Origin: Elsinoe ampelina
Taxonomy: Eukaryota
Reading direction: 5' to 3'
Assembly (NCBI GenBank): GCA_010093995.1
Contig: ML992509.1
Location: 165,588-229,587 of the forward strand
DNA length: 64,000 nucleotides
The translations under genes and the position numbers were made by a program. Below, piece by piece: positions 12,538-24,700 of the stretch. The notes under the pieces are model-generated. The model was not told the DNA's origin, ran no database searches, and saw nothing but the letters and a program-made list of their open reading frames with translations. Positions within the stretch are counted from its first letter, which is position 1; every line of letters starts with the position of its first letter.

Positions 12538-14178
12538 ATGGCGGCGGAAGATCCTGCTAAGGGCATGAATCCACCCATGCACTTTGACGAGAGAGCTGGC
12601 TACGCAGAAGCTAACAATGCTTCAATTACGGAAACTGGACAGTCTATCACAGATGCGGACACTGCCTACGGCCCTGGTGAAGATGATGACGATGACTACG
12701 ACGATGCCGACGATTTATTCGAGGACGACTTTGAGCGTTCGGGACCTACGGTGCCTGGTTCGAAGAACGTCGATCGTCCGGCAATCAACATGAAAGCTAG
12801 AATAGACGATCAAATTCAGAGCCTGGCCAAGCATGCATCCAAGATGCGTCTGTCGGATGTCGAGAATGGTTCCACGGTCAAATCTGGCGACAAAGATCGA
12901 AGTGACAGAGCAACGAGCGAACAGGTCCTTGATCCTCGGACTCGGATGATCCTTCTCCAACTGCTGAACCGTAACATAGTCTCTGAGATCAACGGAGTAC
13001 TGTCCACTGGTAAAGAAGCCAACGTCTACCACGCTGTCACCACTCCGCAAGATGACCTCGACAGCCCGAGCCTGCACCGTGCCATCAAGATCTACAAGAC
13101 CAGTATCTTGGTGTTCAAAGACCGTGATAAGTATGTATCTGGAGAGTTCAGGTTTCGCAAAGGCTACAACAAAGGCTCCAATCGAGCCATGGTCAAGGTC
13201 TGGGCGGAGAAGGAGTACCGCAACCTGAGACGACTGCACGAGGCTGGCATTCCTTGTCCCGAACCAGTTGTCCTCAAGAACCATGTTTTGGTCATGTCCT
13301 TCATTGGCGACAAAAAAGGTTGGCCGGCACCACGTCTGCGAGACGCTGCCTTCACCGGATCCGGCAATGACCAAACTCAGATCATGAGGGATCTCTACAT
13401 ACAGCTTCTAAGCTATGTTCGGAAGATGTACCAAGTCTGCAAGCTCGTCCATGCCGATCTGAGCGAGTACAATCTGTTGTACCACGAAGGTCGCTTGTGG
13501 ATGATCGATGTCAGCCAGAGTGTAGAGCATGATCACCCTCGATCTCTCGAATTCTTGAGAATGGATATCAAGAACCTCAGTGATTACTTCTCAAGACAGG
13601 GTGTAGATACCCTCTCCGAGCGTACCATCTTCAGCTTCGTTACTCTTGCCGAAGGGGGCGTCGAAGAGTCTGACGTAAGATCAGCTATCGAGAAGCTCTA
13701 TGAGGATAGGTCCAACGGCAAATTCGACAAGGATGAGGAGGTCCAGGACGATGAAGTTTTCCGACAGCAATACATACCTCAAAATCTCGACCAGGTCTAC
13801 GACATTGAGAGAGACGCTGACCGGGTTGGAAAGGGAGAGGGTGATGACCTCGTGTATCGAGCATTACTTGCCAACAAAGTTGCCGACACGCAAGATCCAA
13901 ATCCCACCGAGGCTATTGACAAGAAGGTACCTTCGGACGGCATCGATGAAATAGGAGATGCGGAGATCTCTGGGACCGATGCAAGCGTTTCCGACGAGGA
14001 TGACGAGGACTGGGCAGATGGAGAAGGCAAACCTCGAGGGAAACGATTCCAAGACAAGGATGCCAAAAAGGAGCACAAGAAGGCTGTGAAGGAAGAGAAG
14101 CGAGAACGGAGAAAGACGAAGATGCCAAAGCATGTCAAGAAGAAGCTTGTCGGAGACTCGGCAAGAGGCAAGAGATAG
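12538..14178 (+). CDS. RIO1: RIO1 atypical kinase (40S ribosome maturation)
   Basis: DRATSEQVLDPRTRMIL, STGKEANVYHA, AIKIYKTSILVFKDRDKYVSGEFRFR, LVHADLSEYN, IDVSQSVEHDHP, Lys-rich tail. Confidence 0.97.
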   Translation: MAAEDPAKGMNPPMHFDERAGYAEANNASITETGQSITDADTAYGPGEDDDDDYDDADDLFEDDFERSGPTVPGSKNVDRPAINMKARIDDQIQSLAKHASKMRLSDVENGSTVKSGDKDRSDRATSEQVLDPRTRMILLQLLNRNIVSEINGVLSTGKEANVYHAVTTPQDDLDSPSLHRAIKIYKTSILVFKDRDKYVSGEFRFRKGYNKGSNRAMVKVWAEKEYRNLRRLHEAGIPCPEPVVLKNHVLVMSFIGDKKGWPAPRLRDAAFTGSGNDQTQIMRDLYIQLLSYVRKMYQVCKLVHADLSEYNLLYHEGRLWMIDVSQSVEHDHPRSLEFLRMDIKNLSDYFSRQGVDTLSERTIFSFVTLAEGGVEESDVRSAIEKLYEDRSNGKFDKDEEVQDDEVFRQQYIPQNLDQVYDIERDADRVGKGEGDDLVYRALLANKVADTQDPNPTEAIDKKVPSDGIDEIGDAEISGTDASVSDEDDEDWADGEGKPRGKRFQDKDAKKEHKKAVKEEKRERRKTKMPKHVKKKLVGDSARGKR

Positions 14179-14499
14179 TATGACCAAGAAAGAGACAATC
14201 ACCATCTCGAGTATCCGGTCTCCATACGCCGTTGATGACTGATGGCTGTGGCTGCATCTAAATCTCCATCGGGGGCTTGATGTTGGCCTTGTACGAGTTA
14301 GACGGTAAGGTCGCTGCAGAATTGACACCACTGGCGGATCCCAGAGACCAGAATCACGTGACATGTGATACTTTCACGCTCCAGCTATCTGCCTGTCATA
14401 TAAATTTCCTTCTACAATCTTCCTCTTCTTCTTCCACCATCCACTTCCACTCCAGTCACATTCACACCCATCACACTTTCCATTAAGAGGGCCATCATC

Positions 14500-15244
14500 A
14501 TGAAGGAATTGGACAACGCCACTCTTCAGGCATTGCGCAAGGACTCGACCTTTGCAGATCTAACCATCGTCTGCGGCAAGAGCGTTCACAGGGTTCACAA
14601 AGTCGTTGTCTGTGCTGCATCCGAGTGGTTCGCGAAGGCATGCGCCCCTGGAAGATTCGCTGTAAGTGCTTCATCAATATCGTCGTTGTCACCGCTGAGC
14701 ATGAGTGCAGGAAGGTGCGGAGGCAAAGACTGTTCTGCCTGTGAGGTCCAAGGACGGTTCCTACGCGGAAGGGGACGATCCGGACGTCATTTGTGCCATG
14801 ATAGACAACTACTACGGCATCGATACTTTCGACTCCCCCTCGGTTCGTGGGCTTGGTACTCTCAGCTTCTACACACGCATCTACGTCACGGCTGATAAGT
14901 ACGGTGACAAGGACCTGGCTGCGAAAGCGCGCACTGCGATCATTAGTATCACTCGCAGGAGCATGGAGCGCATGACTGCTGGCCCACCCAATGTCGTGCA
15001 GGCGCTGTGGCTAGGAAGTTGGATCGGAGAGGTTTATCGTAACACCGCAGGCTGGGACATGACCCTGAAGCAGGATTACCTGAATTGGCTCACCAAGGAT
15101 GAGCCCCAGATGCTGGAGAATTCTTACGTCGTTGAGACCATCAAGATGAATCCGGAGCTCGCCATGGATATCATCACACTCCTACGCAACAAGGCATTCC
15201 CGGTCAACGTGGTGCAGGCTGCTCGTCTGGAGGCAGAGACATAG
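14500..15244 (+). CDS. BTB/POZ domain protein, copy 1 (intron 14662..14710)
   Basis: FADLTIVCGKSVHRVHKVVVCAASEWFAKAC...F|EG, DDPDVICAMIDNYY, IYVTADKY. Confidence 0.88.
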
Positions 15245-15646
15245 GAGGCTCGAGTCCGGGAACATGCGAGCTTGGTGAAAGGAGTGATGATCAAGTATAT
15301 CCTACATGCATCGAGTAGAGACAATGGGAGACTTGGGCTTTCTGCGGCTGACGGCATGAAGCTTGTGGTAGTACAGGATCTTGCTCGGAGGGCTTCTCCG
15401 TCAATCAAAATGCTTGTGTAACTTGACCAGCACATTTGCCTTGTTTCCTGCGTGACCGTCCTGATTGACTGGTACTTCTCGTTCTCGTCCTTTTCATCCT
15501 CCGAACAAGCAAACATGTACTTATGAGAGGTCTGTCCGGCTGAAAGCATCAAAGAACCATCAAAGTTTAGACGTCCGCCTCTGCTCGTCCCTGCATTGTT
15601 CCGCTGGCCATCTTTGATCAACTTGTATTGCAAGCATAGAATTCCA

Positions 15647-16575
15647 ATGTCGTTCTATCCCAACGATACAAAGCCATTGTCCGGATGGCAACATCCCTTT
15701 CTCCGCGGCCTGGCAGACCTCCGCCAGCAGACAGATTCATCAGACCTGACGATCATCTGCGGCACCACAACCCACCGCGTGCACAAGCTCGTACTCGGCC
15801 TACAATCCGAGTACTTCAAGACAGCATGCAAGCCAGACACATTCTCCGTGAGCAGCCCTTTCCCCCCTTCGTCACGTTCTCGCCACTGACTCACCGCCAC
15901 CAGGAAGGACAAAGCCACATCATCACCCTCAAATCCATCAACGACCGCGACGACACCGAAGGCGCCGACGACCCCGCCGCCGTAGACGCCATGATCGACT
16001 TCTTCTACGGCGTCGAGACATACTACCTCGTGGACCAATGGGGCAACACGGGCCTCCCCCACCTCGCCGGCCTGTACATCGTAGCAGACAAATACCGCGT
16101 GACCGGCATGCGAGAAGACATCCTGCGCCACTTCCGACGAGCCCTCGAGGAGTCACGGTCAGGCGACGGCAACGCCCTGTGCAAACTGCTCCGCACACTA
16201 TGGGACAACCTGCCCTCTGCGGACGACCCGATCCTGACTGTGCTTGTCGAGTTCATCGTGTGTTGCAAGAGCCACGTGCTCCGGAAGAAGGACATGGAGG
16301 AGCTGGTGCATGCGGAGCATCAGGTTGCGAAGAAGTTCTTGGGCGTGTTCGTCAAGTGGTGTGCTTGGCCGGCGAAGAATCGGAGGTCCGAGGGGGCGCC
16401 TGGGTTGACACCGGAGGCGGGTTTCAGGGAGTCGAGGAGTAGTGAATCGTTGAGGTGGGATCGGCCGTCGGTGCCGAATTGTAGGTGTGAGGATTCTTGG
16501 GAGAAGATGATGAATCCGCCGCCGCCGCCGAAGGCGAAGGTTGATGAGCCAACAGAGCAGAATACAGGCTGGTAA
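15647..16575 (+). CDS. BTB/POZ domain protein, copy 2 (intron 15848..15903)
   Basis: SDLTIICGTTTHRVHKLVLGLQSEYFKTAC|EG, DDPAAVDAMIDFFY, LYIVADKY. Confidence 0.88.
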
Positions 16576-16902
16576 AGCTACAAGTCTCCCTCCCTTGTGA
16601 CGTCGAACTCATGACTGTGAAGCCGCATTCTTGAAACGTGAGAAGCAGAGCCAACGCCAGGGATTCGTTGAATGCTATCAAGGCTTCTGACGGCACATGT
16701 CTTGATCAGACCGTGTGAAGCCACCGCCGCCGGTCGAAGAGTCTTGTCTATCATGAAAAATCCTCAATCTCGATCGCAGTCACGAAAGGCTCTCACTCGT
16801 GAATCACCTACTCTTCCAGTGCTTCAGCGTCCAAGTTCACTCACACATCTCACTTACCTTCACTTCCGCATCTCCCTCCATCCAATATCTGCAAAATCAA
16901 TC

Positions 16903-17796
16903 ATGGCTATGGGCGGAGTTTACACGCAGCCTCAGCATGGGTCCCTAGTAATGCTGAGCGGGCTCCGCGAGAGCGGAGATTATTCAGACCTCATCGTCAA
17001 ATGCGGCAGCAAGATCCATCGTGTTCACAAGGCTATCCTTTGCAGCCGATCAGACTATTTCAAGGTGGCATGCAAACCAGATGCCTTCAAGGTTGGTCCG
17101 TTCAGAGACTGTCTCTGTACACTTGCTCAGAGGTTCCAGGAAGGAAGAGACCACGTAATCAACATCCCAGCAGCAGTTTCACATCGCGACACTGCGTCCG
17201 GCGATCACCCAAACACGATAAAGGCCGTCATTGATTTCTGTTACGGGCTCCCGAGCTATGACCAGAATGGACCTGCGAGTGTGCCAGCGCTAGAGTGGCT
17301 CGCTGCAATGTATGTGGCGGCGGACAAGTACCAGGTCCACGACATGAAGCAAAACCTCATCGCCAGCTTTAAGCGTTGTCTTGCCGGTATGAAGGACAGT
17401 CAGCCTCGCAAGCGCGTGGCCACCGACAACCACTACGGCCAGATCGGCAACAGGACGAGCCCGAGATTCAACTTCAATCCGACTCCTAAGGACGAGACTT
17501 TCAGCCGTGCTCCATTTGCTTGCATTCCTGGCGTCATCACTCTTCTGTACTCGAACCTCCCGGGGGAAGATCGTGTGATGAAAGAGGACGTCCTCAAGTG
17601 GCTGTTGAACGAGAAACCATCATGCCTGCGCACTGCGACCATGGACAATGTCTTGACCTCCAATCCGGACTTTGCCGCAGACATGGCTCGTATGCTCCGC
17701 GACAAGTACTGCCCTTCCGAAGATGATGATACACCAGAAAATATCCATGGGCGCCCGGTGTTTTTGACACCGCATCACATGACTCCATGGAATTAG
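16903..17796 (+). CDS. BTB/POZ domain protein, copy 3 (probable in-frame intron 17092..17139)
   Basis: YSDLIVKCGSKIHRVHKAILCSRSDYFKVAC|EG, DHPNTIKAVIDFCY, MYVAADKY, NPDFAADM. Confidence 0.88.
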   Translation: MAMGGVYTQPQHGSLVMLSGLRESGDYSDLIVKCGSKIHRVHKAILCSRSDYFKVACKPDAFKVGPFRDCLCTLAQRFQEGRDHVINIPAAVSHRDTASGDHPNTIKAVIDFCYGLPSYDQNGPASVPALEWLAAMYVAADKYQVHDMKQNLIASFKRCLAGMKDSQPRKRVATDNHYGQIGNRTSPRFNFNPTPKDETFSRAPFACIPGVITLLYSNLPGEDRVMKEDVLKWLLNEKPSCLRTATMDNVLTSNPDFAADMARMLRDKYCPSEDDDTPENIHGRPVFLTPHHMTPWN

Positions 17797-18229
17797 ATGT
17801 GATGCGATCAGGACGGATGAGAAACCGAAGGGTCAAAGGATGGCAAATCCGATGAAATGTGTGCCATGGGAAAACGTTGCCGGACAATTGTGCGGTGCAG
17901 CACGACCAGTTGGCTGACTCAGCAGGCGAAATGACCGCTCGTCGTTCGGATCTACCTACCAGAGAAATCTAGCATTTGCATAATGAGACTTAAACTTGAT
18001 GGAAAGTGTCCGCCCTTTAGTGATTATCATGTTCTATCAAGGCCAACACAGCCAATCTGGACAGTGAATTGAAACTGCGCGCCTATGCTTCCTGACAATC
18101 AGGTCTCGATTGCTGCCATGATGGTTGCTCGATGTCCCAGAGACTACCAGCATAAGTATCTCCTAACCGCAAGATGGCAGTTCTCGTACGCCTTCACAGA
18201 GCTCGGCTTCATCCTGCCCTGATACGACC

Positions 18230-19008
18230 ATGGACGATGATCTGACACGACAAACGACAATGCACAATGACAACCCAACCAATAGCCACGAGCCAGATCT
18301 GGTCATCGTGATTGGTGACAGAACGATCGATGCTCATGCAGATCAGCTATGCCGACATTCTCCGTATTTCCGAGCGGCATGCAGGCCGGGTACTTTTAAG
18401 GCGAGCATGTCTCCATCTCGCCACGGACTTCACTGATATCTATAGGAAGGAATTGAGTGCAAGATCATCATTGGACCTGACCCCGACAAGCACGACATCT
18501 ATAGCAGCATCCACCCAGAACCATTCATGAGCATGCTCAGTTTCTGCTACGATGTACCTGACTACCACTTCCAAGGGCCAGCCAATTGCCACCCTCTCGA
18601 ATGGTTGGCAGCATTGTACATCACGGCGGACCGCTTCGGAGTCATGGCGATGAAGGACGACGTCGAGACCTCCTTTCACCAAATAATCAACAACATCCCT
18701 GACTGGAATACCTACCAGAGCATACCGAGAAGGCGCCGCGGTTGGAATCAGCGTGAGTTGCAGATGCGCCAAGCACATGATGAGCTTGCCAGGATCCTGC
18801 CTTCTCTCATTAGCGCTCTTTACAAGTATTTGCCCGAAAGTGACAGAGCGCTCAAGAGACATGTCATCAGGCGACTGCGGTATAGAGACGGGAGATGATG
18901 GGATCGGACTGGTATAGGGCACATATCGCATCAATCCCTGATTTCGCCGCCGACGTGGCCGACTTCCAGAGATTCAATAGGGCTCCGTGGATTAGGAATA
19001 TACGATGA
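18230..19008 (+). pseudogene. BTB/POZ domain protein, copy 4: GC-AG intron 18401..18445 and a frameshift near 18890
   Basis: PDLVIVIGDRTIDAHADQLCRHSPYFRAAC..FK|EG, LYITADRF; frame stops at 18898 but homologous IPDFAADVA continues in another frame to TGA 19008. Confidence 0.7.
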
Positions 19009-19355
19009 AGCAGTCTACTGCAGTCATGCAGATGCGACATCGTTCCGAGGCATGGACATGTTTCGTACGACTTCTGGACTTCGGAGTAACGACTATGCCG
19101 ATGCGACAAGACGACTCAGGTGAGACCTTCAGGACGGACGATTGGTACGAGGTCAAATGCTGGTGGTCAATTTTGTCAACCCCGAGATTGGGAGAGGAGA
19201 CTCCGTGCTTGTTGTGAATTGTCAGAAGCAAGCATGTGAATGTAAAAGTGTACAACTCTAAATACACATTTTCGCGGAGCAAAAACTCTTACCTTCAGAC
19301 TCTTGCCTTCATACATCTCAAATCGCAGAATCAAGACCGTCATTTCCCTGCTGTC

Positions 19356-20108
19356 ATGGATGCAGCAGAGCAGTCCGTCGTCGACGGCGTCCGAGGACTT
19401 TGTGGCGATGCACGCTATTCCGACCTAACCATCACTTGCGGCAGCAAGGTCTTCAACGTCCACAAGGCTGTGGTATGCACACAGTCACGATACTTTGAGG
19501 CGGCAGTGAAAGATTGCTTTCAGGTAAGCGGCCTACCTTCTTACTCAGCACTAACACTGAGATGTTTTCAGGAAGGCACCGAGTCCAAGATCACCCTCGA
19601 TCGTGGCGAAAACGTCGAGGATATCTCACGTGACGATCATGAAGATGCGATACAATGCATGATCGATTTCCTCTACGGAAAGCCGCAGTATCACTGCCGC
19701 GGACAGTCTGAGGACACCTCTCTAAGCTGGCTTGCTGTCCTCTACATCACCGCCGATCGCTACGGTATCGACAAAATGAGATCTGCTATCGTGGCGAAGT
19801 TCGGTACCATGACCGCCAAGCTGCCGGCGATTTACAGTAGCTCAACGCGATTCGATAGAACTCACCTCGTCGGCATCCCGGCTCTGCTCAAATTCATCTA
19901 CATCGGCCTTCCATACAACGACCACAGCATGAAGGATGCGCTGATTCAATGGCTGGTGCACAAGTCGCCCTGTCTGCTCTATTCCGAAACCATGGAGGAT
20001 CTTCTGGAGGAGGAGCCCGAGTTCGGAGTGGACCTGGCGCGGTCGTTACGTGCCAAGCACTGTTCTCCACCCAGTAAGCACCAAGGAGATGTACTTCTAG
20101 GGGGATGA
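19356..20108 (+). CDS. BTB/POZ domain protein, copy 5 (in-frame intron 19524..19571)
   Basis: YSDLTITCGSKVFNVHKAVVCTQSRYFEAA..FQ|EG, DDHEDAIQCMIDFLY, LYITADRY, PEFGVDL; GTAAGC..CTAAC..CAG intron. Confidence 0.9.
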   Translation: MDAAEQSVVDGVRGLCGDARYSDLTITCGSKVFNVHKAVVCTQSRYFEAAVKDCFQVSGLPSYSALTLRCFQEGTESKITLDRGENVEDISRDDHEDAIQCMIDFLYGKPQYHCRGQSEDTSLSWLAVLYITADRYGIDKMRSAIVAKFGTMTAKLPAIYSSSTRFDRTHLVGIPALLKFIYIGLPYNDHSMKDALIQWLVHKSPCLLYSETMEDLLEEEPEFGVDLARSLRAKHCSPPSKHQGDVLLGG

Positions 20109-21777
20109 GCAGGGCATACCTTGAGAGAAGCCATGGAGACATGATCGAGCTGCCAAAGTGGTCTGGTGAGAGATTGAGAGAAGGTTATGAGCCGGATCTC
20201 AAGCTGCCATCTCCGTAGAAGTGTATTCCTGATAGCGAACAGCTATTCGCACCCAACAGCCATGAGCCGCGGGTCATACGCACTGGAAAAAGTCAGCGAG
20301 TCCATAGACACCGAGCAATCTACAGACGCTACCAGGCTGAGTTGATTCCTGGGAAAGCAGCTTGCCTCCACGCAACGTCAAGTGCATTCTCGGAATCAGA
20401 TGTCCAGGTCCCACACCAACGACAAAAACAGGCCTTTCCTGCTCACACCCAAGTTCTCCTACCCATATCCCTCCCATTCAGCAAAAACATCCCCTCCCCC
20501 TCCCCTACCCCGATTCAACCAAGGCTCGAACCCCCGCCCCCTCCCTCACCAAGCAAAAACCGATCCTCACTTAAGAGGATCAGGAAACTCGTCTTTGGAC
20601 GAACCGACTTCTTCGATCGGGGGAGATTATCGTCGACTGGTTTTGCTTGTTTTGGTTAGGGCACGGTGCATCGCAGCGTAGGATGCCGCATTTGCAGGCC
20701 CCCGTGCCGGATTGTTTACTATCTAGGACGCTCGCCGCTTTGGGTCGAACTCGCACATTTTTGGGGGAGAGGGCGGGATGAGAGGGAATATAAAGGTTGT
20801 TTGCTGGGAGGTGGACTTGGGTGAGGAGGGTCCGGGCTGACCGGGCGGGAGGGGAGGCTGAGGGGCTGGTCGCATTGAGGAGGAAGGCTTCGATCCGGGG
20901 ATGGTGGTTGTTGAGGTTTGTATGGCGGCTGTTATCATGGACTGTATGGGAGCTTCCGTGCGAGTGGAGATCGAAGTATGCATGATGGAGAAAGAGACAG
21001 TGAAGGATATACTCAGTCTCATTGTGCACGCTGCACTTTCTATCGATGCAGCTGCGCGCCACGCCCTCAGTGACACGAACACCTTCACTGTCACATGATG
21101 TATTCGAAGCAGCCCATGACGCATCCATCTAGCCAGGGTTCATTGCGCTCAGCCACTCCCTTCACAGCCAGTGTCACTCACCCGGCCTCCACAGAGCTGT
21201 CATGATGTCTCCCACTAGGCCTCCGAGCGAACCAGTCCAGCGACGCCGCAAACTTCAGTAAGTCCTCAAATCGTCAAGCCTGCCGGTGTTTTACTACCAG
21301 CTCATTGCCCCATGATAGAATAGTTGTGTTCATACGCATGACTATACCACACTCATGACGCTGAAGTGGCGAGGTCGCGCAAGATGTGTCCGCACAAATG
21401 TAGCTACAGGAATGGACCAAGGGTGGCATCCCAAGCTCGTCTCATATTCACCTTTCCGGTGAACGACCAAGCATAAGAAGCTTGATTCCAGATGCTGTAA
21501 GTAAGAAAGGAACATTGCGAAGTTGAGCAGACGACATTTTGAGTTTCTCTCGCCGCCGATATCGGCTCAATGGCACGTCAACCACGTGACCACGTGACCG
21601 ATATTTCCAGTGCTTTTCTTGACAAGGTCGTCTGAAAGGCGCAGCGTCACGTCTGAATGACAGGTAGAAGATAAAACACACGAGTATTGAGTGGATCGAA
21701 CTGGTCTTGAGCCTGTATTACAGATCCAAACCACGTTTACCTCCCACACCAGGCTGTTCCATGCCCATTGACTCGCT

Positions 21778-24700
21778 CTAGAAGTAACTCAACCCCCTCC
21801 CCCCCACCACCTCCAGATCACCCCTAATCTCCCACCAATCCCCCACCCTCCCCACGACCTCACTCCTCCTCCCCGCCCCCAGCTCCCCCACCCTCTTGAT
21901 CAGATCCCCATCCACCACCCCTCTCCCCCCTCCATCCTCGCTCTTCACATTCCGGTACGCCCTCGGATTCAATCCCGCAGGATGCTCGAGCACATTCGTC
22001 AATTGACTCTGCAATGCGCTCAGTCGCCTGTACCTCGCCTCGTCAAGCGGCGTTATCAGTCCGATCTGTCCGCTCGTCGCCCACGTGAGCACCTGATGGA
22101 GTTTCTCCTCTTCGCCCTCGCGTTCTGGAATGGAGGATGGTAGGAGGCGCATCCCGGTGACCAAGTGGCCGAGCTCGAAGGTGGATTTCTCCACCAGTCT
22201 GACGCCGCCGAGACTCTTGGGGTGTTCGGGCTCGTAAGCCCAGATTTGCAGCCTGCAGCGCTCGTCGACGGCGAGGAGGTAGAGGCCTTTGTCGAATGGG
22301 AGAAACTCTGCTGTGACCAGCCCGCCTTTGGGCTTTGTCTTGCCGAAGACATGGATGCGAGGTGGCTCTTCGATGTAGCCTCCGAACCACATGCCTTTCC
22401 ATGCATCGGTGGCGAGCCACATGCGGCTGTTGCCGAGAGTCTTGATGCAGGTGGTGTAAGTGAGGAAGTCTAGGAAGGCGACCGGGAGGTTCTGTCCGTC
22501 TTCGCGGAGGCCGCGCCACATGAGCTTTTGGCCTTGCGCCGTGCCGACTAGACCGGCGATGCCTGTGAGGGCGGTGATGGGAGCGCGGGTCTCTTCGCGG
22601 GAGATCAGGTCGAGGGCGAAGCAGGTTTCTGGAGCGGATGGAGAGGGGACAACGGGGATAACGTCGAAGACGTAGAGGCCGCCTTTGTCGCCGTAGGCGT
22701 CGCTGCGATTGGTGATAGTTCCGACGGATATGAGAAGGCGTTGGTTGTGGGTGATTTCCGAGATTTCGAGCGGGGCGATGCTCAGTGATGTGGCGATCTC
22801 GTATTGCGGAAGAGAGTGTGAAGATATTATATTCGAGGTCGGAGGGTCAAGCAGGTGGATGTGGTACTTGCGGGACTGAGGTCGAAGCAAGATAGCCGAT
22901 TCAGACTCTTGTACCGCGAGATCCTCCTCGGCCGAGACATAGTCGATGCTCGTGCTCGAGAGGAAGACGTAAAGGTTACGATCGGAGTGATACGCAATGT
23001 CGTGGATCTGATGGCCAAGCGGTAGGGGTAGTAAAGCGTTCGAAACGCAATTCGATACTGAGAACGAGGCCTCAAGAGGAAGAATACCATGACGAAGAAC
23101 GTTGTTAGTGTCGCCGTAGATGAACCCTTGTGAACACCATGGTGCATCGAAACCGCAGAGGAACTTGACCGGCCGGCCTCTGAAATCGACGACTCGTGGA
23201 AGCGTGCTGGCAGTCTTGATGATGAAGCTGGGAGATGGTCCAGACACAAAGATCGTTGACAGACTTGCGACTTTGAGCGCGACCATAGGAGCAGCTTTGA
23301 ACGACTCGAAGTCCTCGTCGTATCTCGGTATGTGTAGACCGGGCACTTTGCGGAATCTCAAGCCATCACAGAACCCAGGCGTGACAGCAGTCCCTCCTTG
23401 ACGATGGTAGAAAGGCTCGTAGAGAACGATCTCATCGGTCGAGCTGCGAACGACAAGATAGGGCGAACGATGATTCTCGTCTCCGAGATTGGCCAGCAGG
23501 ATTTCTGCCAAAGTATCTCGTGTAGCTGCTCTACGCTGGCGATCTTCTGTCGTCAACACTGGAGGCAGTGCAGCAAGATTAGGAGCTTGATATGCCGGCT
23601 CGTGAAAGTCTGGTAGTTCAAAGATCTGATGCAGAGGTCAGTACGGTCAACAGATCGACTGCGGCATTGTACTTACTGTCAGTCCACCCGTATCGCTGAG
23701 CAACGCACAAAGGTGCTGTGGGTTGTGACCAGAGGTATGGTAAACGCAGGCTGATAACCATTTCGTGCTCTGCACAACTTCTCCAGCATCAACTTCTTCC
23801 AATTCGCCCTCATCGTCTGCCTTGAGCAATTGTACCGAAGAGTCATTCCTCAGGAGTAGTAGATAAGGGTCGCAGAAGGAGGAATGGACGACCTGTAGCT
23901 CGTCTTCAGTGTTGGCGTCCATGACGGGGAAAATCTGAGAAAGGCCAAGATCTAACCATGCAGCGTCAGTACGGGGACTATCAAAAGGGGAACATGAAGG
24001 CAAGGTAAAATTGCATTTCATTCACAGCTAGATCGGCATGCAGACTATGAAACCTCTCCTCGAAAGCTTTGAGACTCGGGATCACACGGTCAGAGGTCCA
24101 GGAAAGGACCGAAGGAAGGATGGGGATCTTGCGAATGTACTCACCTGTATCGTAGGTTCTAACTTCCGAGTCACGCACATGTATAGTCCTCTGGCTGGCT
24201 GCCAGCATACACACATTCAGAGTACGGCCTTCGCGCTCAAATCCGCTATCCTCGACTTCAGTCCACGGACCATCGTCTAGAGTCTCGTTGACCCGGAATA
24301 ATCTTGTGACTTCTGACTCTTCTGTGGACGCCTCGGAGAGCACAACGTAAGACTTCGTTCCATCGGCATCGCTTGTTGTCCGGAACGTGAACGAATTGAG
24401 AGCCTTCGAGTCAGTATCCTCGTGTGACACTTCGGCGGTAATATCCTTGGCAAGTTTAACGAGTCTCGAGCATTGTGCTTGCCCAACAGACATGAGCAAG
24501 TCGAGCGGTGGTGAACCTGCCTGGGCTCTTTTAGTCGATGTTCGACCTATGGCGACCGAATGAATCGGTGCAAGTGTGGCCAAGCTATCGATACTCGAGA
24601 ACATGTAGCTGCTGGGAGCGATTTCTTTGCTTACTGTTTGTGCTGTTGATTTTGTCAAGGTCTCCTCCCCATAGAGATCGTCATCAGCGTCGTCGATCTC

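Noticed and set aside
20340..21130. Short Pro-rich ORFs between the BTB array and CFT1
   Set aside because: No recognisable domain, interrupted by stops; explained by local C/G skew (a small or decayed gene is not excluded)
21582..21599. Tandem CACGTGAC E-boxes
   Set aside because: Downstream of CFT1 with no supported target gene nearby
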